Assembly: GCA_964016885.1 (NCBI GenBank)
Contig: OZ024751.1
Location: forward strand, 37,572,001 to 37,636,000
Reading direction: 5' to 3'
DNA from: Eledone cirrhosa
Taxonomy: Eukaryota
Length of the DNA stretch: 64,000 nucleotides
Of this stretch, positions 55,390 to 64,000 are shown piece by piece. Within the stretch, counting starts at the first letter, position 1. Every line of letters starts with the position of its first letter. The notes under the pieces are model-generated. The model was not told where the DNA came from, ran no database searches, and saw only the letters and a list, made by a program, of their open reading frames with translations. Both the position numbers and the translations under genes were made by a program.

Positions 55390-55540
55390 AGACACATATT
55401 CCTGCATTTTTTATACCTCATATATTATTATTATGCCTACACACACACACACAAACATATATATATATATGGATACACACACATACACATATATATACAT
55501 ATATACATATATTTGTGTATATGTGTGCATGTATATATTT

Positions 55541-55577
<37 letters not shown>

Positions 55578-55721
55578 CAGTGAGTTAGAAAGTGAAAGGG
55601 ATTTTTAAAAAAAAATCTAGTTATATAGAAAGATTAAAACAAATACAGTTAAATTGGTAACACCCATTGATTTTTAACTGCACCAATAACACATACATAG
55701 ATACATATATATATACATACA

Positions 55722-55766
<45 letters not shown>

Positions 55767-56474
55767 CTCGTCACCACGACTTTTCAATAGGAGAACAATT
55801 TACATGTAATCTTTATTACTCATCTTTATTAGAAATTCCCACTTCATTTTAAGGAACACGTGCCGTACTATTAAACTAGATATATTTAATAATTTCCTTT
55901 TCCGCAAATTTGATTTGCATTTATTAAAGTAGAATTGGAATTGCAGTCCATTTTTGAAAATATAAATTGCATCGATTTTTGTCCTCTTCCCTCTCCCCCC
56001 TTCCCTCTTCCTCCTGCTTCTCCTACGTCTGTATATTATTTATTATTACAAGATAGGGTAACCTATTTCTCTGGTGTATCTTCATTTGAATTACTTCTGG
56101 GCTCCTCGTCGCTCGTCGTCGTTGCCAGACAATCTATTTACCATACACTAAATGTTAAAAATAGGACACTTGCACTGGAAAATATATTGCAGAGAATTGC
56201 CTGCAATTACATCACGTATAATCAATCATACTTGCACACTACATTACCGGATATAATTTTTCTCTTTCTTTCTCACACCCTCTTTCTCCCTCACCTTCTT
56301 TCCTCCTTCAAATCTTTCTCAATTTGTCTCTATCACAAATACAGGCATACACATACATACACAGACACATACTCACACAGAGTCTCTCTCTCTATTTTTT
56401 TTGATTTCACTCAATGTAACAAATGTTTCACTTTATATGTTCATGTCCCTGTATCTCTAATATCTACATCCCAG

Positions 56475-56520
<46 letters not shown>

Positions 56521-56600
56521 ATCTAATTACACATGTTGATTTACGAATGCATTTTAAGTTCCTCTATATACGTAAGTATGCATAAAAAGGTAATTTACGT

Positions 56601-56631
<31 letters not shown>

Positions 56632-56904
56632 GCGTAGTTAGGAACACGGACGTGCGTGCGTTAGTGCACATTTATATCTATTTCACAAGTATGTGTCTAT
56701 GTTCATGAGTGCTGCGAAATACTCACACATATCTTATAGGCATACGAAGATATTTGTAATTGCATTGAGACCCCGACTCATTATATTAACAGGTTACACC
56801 TACGCCCAGAACACATCACAAACACACAGACAGACACACACACACGCACACACACACATATATATATATATATACACCTATATATATATATATATATATA
56901 CACA

Positions 56905-56978
<74 letters not shown>

Positions 56979-57266
56979 GCGTGTGCCGATATTTGTGCAA
57001 TTTTCATTATATATTCAGTTTGAGTATGAGCTGGGATACTGTGTTCATGTATTTGTACCTATGAATCTATTTACATACGCAACCCTGGACTGGATGTATA
57101 AGCATATCTATATAATTTGAGCGCAATCTATGTTTCTAGGTCATTTGGAATATTGAAGTCTATTTTAAAAACATTTAATCAATGAACCTAAATATTTATT
57201 CAAAGAAAATGCCCGAGAGCGATAACGTATTTACATAATATAATCTCGTTTTAATGCATATGTATG

Positions 57267-57363
<97 letters not shown>

Positions 57364-57365
<2 letters not shown>

Positions 57366-57428
57366 GTTATATGTCAATACATATATGTTGTGTTGGTATT
57401 TCTGTTTACCTTTTACATATATACATGC

Positions 57429-57464
<36 letters not shown>

Positions 57465-57529
57465 GCGTGTATATATGTAAAAGGTAAACAGAAATACCAA
57501 CACAATATATATGTATAGACATATAACAT
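57364..57529. repeat. About 165-bp palindrome centred on a (TA)n tract
   Basis: Unique arms TTGTGTTGGTATTTCTGTTTACCTTTTACATATATAC / GTATATATGTAAAAGGTAAACAGAAATACCAACACAA. Confidence 0.92.
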
Positions 57530-57570
57530 ATATATAATACTATAGGCCTGTATGTGTAGTGTATGTATGT

Positions 57571-57596
<26 letters not shown>

Positions 57597-57613
<17 letters not shown>

Positions 57614-57810
57614 AAAGGGAGAAAGAGATAGGTAGATAGATAGATAGATAGAGAGAAAGAGAAAAAGGGATAGATAGATAGATAGAGGGAGAGAGAGAGA
57701 GAAAGGGAGAAAGAGATAGGTAGATAGATAGATAGATAGAGAGAAAGAGAAAAAGGGAGAAAGAGATAGGTAGATAGATATATAGATAGAGAGAGAGAAA
57801 GAGAAAAAGG

Positions 57811-57847
<37 letters not shown>

Positions 57848-57957
57848 GGAGAAAGAGATAGGTAGATAGATAGATAGAGAGAGAGAGAGAAAGAGAAAAA
57901 GGGAGAAAGAGATAGGTAGATAGATATATAGATAGAGAGAGAGAGAGGGGGAGAAAG

Positions 57958-58005
<48 letters not shown>
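57597..58005. repeat. (GATA)n/(GA)n compound array with higher-order unit
   Basis: Recurrent GGGAGAAAGAGATAGGTAGATAGATA blocks. Confidence 0.92.
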
Positions 58006-58009
<4 letters not shown>

Positions 58010-58341
58010 AAAACAGGTCGTATCTAATTTTACGATCATTTATAGATATATAACGAGGCCTATGGGGAAAAACGTACATCGAATATTAACAAGCTGCTAT
58101 ATAACGTGTTTCAATTATATATATAGAATAAGTGTCAACATTAATTTGTCAAATGCGTTTAACCTCGATAGACTTATATAGGTCTGTGTCTACATGTAAA
58201 TTGTATAGCACTTCTTGGTGCCATCCACTGTTGCAGGCACACTTTTGAATTTATTATGCGGCTAAGTTAATCTTTTCACTTGTATGAACTTGCATCATTT
58301 TACAAAACATCAAACATTGTGAGCCTATGTATGTTTATATA

Positions 58342-58436
<95 letters not shown>

Positions 58437-58652
58437 CCAGTGAATATGAGGAGAAATACTAGAGTAGGAGGATTGAAGTTTGGAGTTAATAAAGAATTTA
58501 TTAGTCTATTAGGCTACTGAGTCAGCATTCTCCTGTCTATCAAGTATATATATATATATATATATACACACACATACGTATCTGCATATATATGTATATA
58601 TATATATAGACATAGTTATACTTATGCATGTATACAAACACATGATATATAT

Positions 58653-58692
<40 letters not shown>

Positions 58693-58723
58693 ATAGTTAT
58701 ACATATGCATGTATACAAACACA

Positions 58724-58805
<82 letters not shown>

Positions 58806-59405
58806 ATCTGTGTGTATCTGTCTGTCAGTGAACTTTATAAGGTTTCTCCATTTGATATTATTGTTATATCCTTCAGTGTTTCCAGTACGGATTTCCTTTC
58901 ATTTTTATTTTCTTAGTAGCGAATTTGATACTTTCGTTTGACGAGGCAATGGATTTACATCAACATTTGAACCTTTGGCGAAACATTCTGTAAAATTTGA
59001 TTACATACATGACTTACTATACCACCGCAGTTAAATTTGCCTCACATTCCTTCGGGATCGATAATATATTTAATAGTAACGTAGGGGAATTCTATTGAAT
59101 AAAATCTATGGCCTTCTTTATGTAAATGTTATTGAATAGATGGAACATTTCTTTTCATTTCTTTCTGACCGTAAATGTAAATGGTGTGACACTAATGGAT
59201 CCTACGGACATGTTCCTTTATGTTTATGCCTAGGATGAATCACTTGTAATATGTGTGTGCTTATAAAGTTAGACGAATGGCTATCGTTTTAAAACATCCA
59301 GCCAGTTTGTTTGTGAGAGTCTGCGGTGGGATATCGACAACGAGGAGATAAATATATAGAGAGAAAACAAGTAAGAGGTGTATAAGACACACACAGAGAT
59401 ATATA

Positions 59406-59441
<36 letters not shown>

Positions 59442-60367
59442 AAGCCATTTTCTAGTTATGTTTGCGTAGCTGCAGGCGAATCCCGACAAAAGGAATGTTA
59501 TATCCATGGTAATAACTCGCATATGGGTATAGAGGATCTTCTATTGCTTCATTTCCTTATTTGCAACTGAAAGAAGACCTTTGAGATGAATTTGGTTGGT
59601 ATTTCTAGTTATGCTGTTATTATATAAGTAGCTGCCGGTAAGTAATCCTCAAATGGGAACCTTTGTTTTATGAATGAATCTAGGCAAATTATTGTAAAGA
59701 AAACATGAATGAAGGAAAGTGTAGGAAATGCTGTAGAATATTCAGCATTGTTTACAATTTATTCAGACTTACGATGACCGACCATCATAATACAACAAAT
59801 CAATTGGAAGTGAGACATGAACAAATATACTTTTTATTTAGTATATATCATTGAATATACAACAGAAGATTAGTTGAAAAACAACATGATATATACGGTT
59901 ATACACTATCATACATCGTTCTCGAATTTTGAACGAGAACCTACCTACCCTCACCACCACAACATACAAACTAATACGATCCTCATCACACATCATACTT
60001 TACCAATTCTAATCTCCAGTATTTTCATGACAAACTGGATGATGGTTTGTTTCATGTCAGCTGAGACAGACAAAATATCCAACAATATATTTGATCCGTG
60101 AAGAGTGGGTAGTATGCCAAGTTAAAGCACCAAATAACACCAATAATCTTTACATCATCGTCAACAATATGAAGAGGGCGCCTAAGTAGACAAAACCAAG
60201 ATTATTTCACAGATATACAATTAAATTACTAGACATTTGTCTGATTTCTATCTGGATTATACCCAAGTTTAAAAGACCAACATTGTATCTCTCTCTATAT
60301 ATATATGTATCTATATATGTGTGTGTCTGTAGGTATATAAGTATATGAGTGTGTATGTGTGTGTATT

Positions 60368-60441
<74 letters not shown>

Positions 60442-60554
60442 AGAGAGAGAGAGAAAGAGAGAGGGAGAGAGAGAGAGGCAGACATATACTCAAAGCCAGA
60501 AAATGACACTGATTTCCATCTAGATGTATGTACATATGTTCACGTATGTGAGCC

Positions 60555-60598
<44 letters not shown>

Positions 60599-60978
60599 GA
60601 GAGAGATACAGAGACAGAGAGAGAGATACAGAGACAGAGAGGGAGGGAGAGACGGTATGTGTGTATGACATGATCATTTCACGAGTTTAACTGCCAATAA
60701 AATCACTAACGAAATCAATGTTTACTGAAATGTCCAAGAGACAGGTCAAACAATCTGTTAGGGTATGTATTTCTCTACACTATATTTACAACATTATTTC
60801 AATTAAAGTAATATAATTAGAGCTAATGTATTGAATATACACATCAGAAATTATAGCTTATATTCACCGATAATCACACACCAAGCATCACTTATTGATA
60901 TTTTAGAGATGTATCACACATCAATTATTAGCAATACCACAGTGTCATCGGACGCATTGGTAAATCTGCTGTCATTGT

Positions 60979-61027
<49 letters not shown>

Positions 61028-61373
61028 GAGGCAGGGCACGACGGCTGAGAACTTGCCGTTTCGACAGCAAATTCCTCACGGGTATTTGCCGTCGTGTATG
61101 TTTACACTCTACCATTCCGTGTATTGAGTTCTCTGATGAATAATGGTCATACTAGTTTAAAACTGGTATAATCCTCATCTCTCTCTCTATCTCTCTCTAC
61201 ATATATAAATACACACACCCACACAGATACATACATTCATACACACACACATATATATATAAGGATTTATCAGTTTGGAACAGTAAGGCCCTTATTCAGC
61301 TTTGTACACGATATTCAGGAAAGTATAGTGTAGGTACTGTAATGTGTTACTGACTGACGGCAGGAACAGGTAG

Positions 61374-61421
<48 letters not shown>

Positions 61422-62529
61422 ATATATATACATGTGTGTGGTGTGTGTGTATGTATGTGTATGTGTGTGTGTATATATTGATATTTAAGTAATGGTTACA
61501 GTAGTCCGAGCGAATGTTTAGTTTAGAAAATAAAACACTATTTCGTGTTTAATATAATGAACACCATCATTTATTAATTTCGCTAAAATATGTTTGAACC
61601 TCATATTTTAACAGTGAAAATATATTCCGATGAGATTTACTTTACTAAATGCTTAGAGAAGTAAATGAAAGCTAAGATAGTTATTAATAAAGAATATATG
61701 GTGTTCCATTAGTGAAAATATACACTTAAATGAGAGGAGAAAATACCTCGGTTAAATATTTATTATCTAACAATGCACACAAAGGTTAGCAGCAAAATAC
61801 ATAGCAATTGAAGGTGATATAGTGGGAAAATGATAGAAAGAATTACAAAACAGAAAAAAACAAAAAACATGCGACACTTCTTCATATCGATGATATAAAT
61901 TAGTAGTTACATTAACTAGCAGAATACATTGTTTTTTCTTTACGAATTAAAACAAAACGTTATTTTTCTTTTTCTTGTTTATTTGATAATGGTGTTGATT
62001 ACTTTGGCTTGGCATCATTTGGTTCCCCTAATATAGTTAGATACCACGGATAATTCATATGGGCGTATCAGAAATATTTACAACAAATTATGGTATCGGC
62101 CATGAAAACAATTGCAGCCTGATTCGGGTATAGTATTTAGTGACTAGATTATATAAATTTATCTTTACGTTATTAGACATTTAATTGTACATAAAATGAA
62201 TGTTCGCCTACTTAAGACGCCCAGTTTAAACTGCGTCTAAATAAAATCCTTGCAGATTTAAAGTTGGTATTGGAATGCAGAATGTTATTTTCTTGGTAGA
62301 CCTATATTGAATAATTATACATTTTACACTACATTTTAACAGGTTCAACACAGCTCATTATGAATTTATGAAAGAGAGGTGGTGTGGAACAGAGCGGGAG
62401 TTGGGGAGTGAGAGAAAGGGTGAGATAGAGAGAGAAAGAGAGACAAAGTGTATGTAATTCAAAGAGAAGATGATTGGCTTTGAATTGCTGGTACAACCTC
62501 TTGTAGATTTCATGGCGGTATCTCAGACT

Positions 62530-62745
62530 ATTTCTAATTAACGCACAAGATCAGTAATTTTGTAAGAGGGAGAATCCAATTAAATCGAACCTGTACATAA
62601 CTGATACTTTATGTTACCGAGCCAGAAAGGATGAAAGGCGAAGCTAACCCCGACATGGTTTGAACGCAAGACAATTAGTCTTGTGCTGAAACAAATAATT
62701 CTATTCATTGGTTCGACGCACTAACAGCTGTCAATTCACTGTCCT
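62530..62745 (-). mobile_element. Old diverged SINE (similar relics near 3.8, 20.8, 23.0, 33.1 and 48.3 kb)
   Basis: GAAAGGATGAAAGGCGAAGCTAACCCCGACATGGTTTGAAC core. Confidence 0.65.
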
Positions 62746-63789
62746 CAATACCCTAACTACTGAGCCACACACTTTCGCCGAAAACAAATTGTCGAATTAT
62801 TCATTGGTGGCAAATATTCTGTTCTTCAATAAATTTAATGGAGCTGATTTCATTCGGAATTTAATTTATTAATCAACTTAAAGTTGATGGTGATTGCATG
62901 CATATTAATTAAGTGTCCTAAATTAATTGAATTAGTTATTAAATGAAATACTATTCAGATTTAACATTTTTTTTTTTCGTCTTCTGTGGAACCAGCACGG
63001 CCGAATGGTTAAGAAGCAGGCTTTGCAGGCTTAAGATTCAGGGTTCAATTCCACTGTGTCACATCTTCAGTAAATGTAATTTACTACAAATTGTAGTCGA
63101 CCCTAGTGATCAGAATATAAATATTTAGAGAGAAACGTTTCGGAATACCCATCGGATGAACTGTCCCTGTAATTCAAAGCCCAGCGTTGTCACACTGAAT
63201 CTCTCTCAAAATTCTGTGAGGTTTTCAGGGGATTACAGAATGCCAAACTACACATATGTTAGTTGTTCGAACAACAGAAACATTGATGAAGCCGATGGAG
63301 GTTAATATCTGTCCAGACTTCCTTCAATTTAATGCGTTGTTATATGAATGTAAACTGTATCGGTATGTAAAGAGAAGAATAAGCACAACGCGTTTAATAC
63401 AAAATATAATATTTCAAGAAGGAATTAAATCATCTAAGTCCTCATATTAATTTGGTACTCTTGAAGCCTTATCAAGTCAAATGATTTTCTATCAGAGACT
63501 CATTATAACATTGCTTATCTCGGGAGATAAACTTAACAAGAGATGAATGACTAACGATAATTTTATGCTACGTACAACTTATTTAAATGTATTTAGTAAA
63601 TACTTAAAGAAATGGTTTGTATGTAAATTGGAATCTCGACATCTAAGAAGATAATCAGTTACACGACTCAGAATCTAACAGTGCAACGTTTAGAATAGAC
63701 CCCGTTGGTTTGCAGACAGAATAAATAAAATTACTTTTCTTTACCAAACATTAATATTTAAGATATGTTAATGGATTGCACACGCATAT

Positions 63790-64000
63790 ACACGTGGTGT
63801 AGTGTTTAAAGAATTGTGTTTTCAATCGTGAGATTGTGACTTCGATTCTTAGATCTGTGCATTGTGTCCTTGAGCATGACGCCATATTTCAAGGTGGCAC
63901 GGCCAATTCAACTGTAGAAATATGTAGCGACTTCACTGGTGGTAATATGTGTCGTGAGTCGGGCCCTTTGCCTTTCTCTTGGAAGAGATCGGTGGTGTGG
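63790..64000 (+). mobile_element. Second SINE family copy, running off the window end
   Basis: GTGGTGTAGTG head, TTCGATTC B-box remnant, TGTGTCCTTGAGCA motif. Confidence 0.65.

Noticed and set aside
55935-56585. 216-aa ORF
   Set aside because: Runs through pyrimidine tracts and CA/TA microsatellites; non-ATG start; no domain.
59850-60200. Possible additional Penelope GIY-YIG relic (VVCQVK..NLYI); similar hint at 24040-24250
   Set aside because: Too degenerate to support without an alignment.

Overview
AT-rich, microsatellite-saturated eukaryotic DNA, intronic or intergenic. It is most likely from an octopod cephalopod; this is an inference from the resemblance of its Nin/Deu-type tRNA-derived SINEs and Tx1-like LINE relic to octopus repeats. 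No complete protein-coding gene is visible, and almost all listed ORFs are translations of (TA)n/(CA)n/(GA)n/(GTA)n repeats. Recognisable content: a 5'-truncated R4/Dong-clade LINE in a (TAA)n tract (24.9-26.9 kb); relics of Tx1-, RTE-, CRE- and Penelope-type retroelements; a young SINE subfamily with target-site duplications; a piggyBac-like MITE; and two weak exon candidates. The most notable signal is about a dozen type I hammerhead-ribozyme motifs (CUGANGA...GAAA...NUH with pairing stem I) from several repeat families. They usually sit beside (TA)n tracts, often as inverted pairs, and most have palindromic loop III sequences that vary while staying self-complementary, as expected for dimeric hammerheads of Penelope-like element pseudo-LTRs. 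All structures were derived by eye and none was computed or tested.
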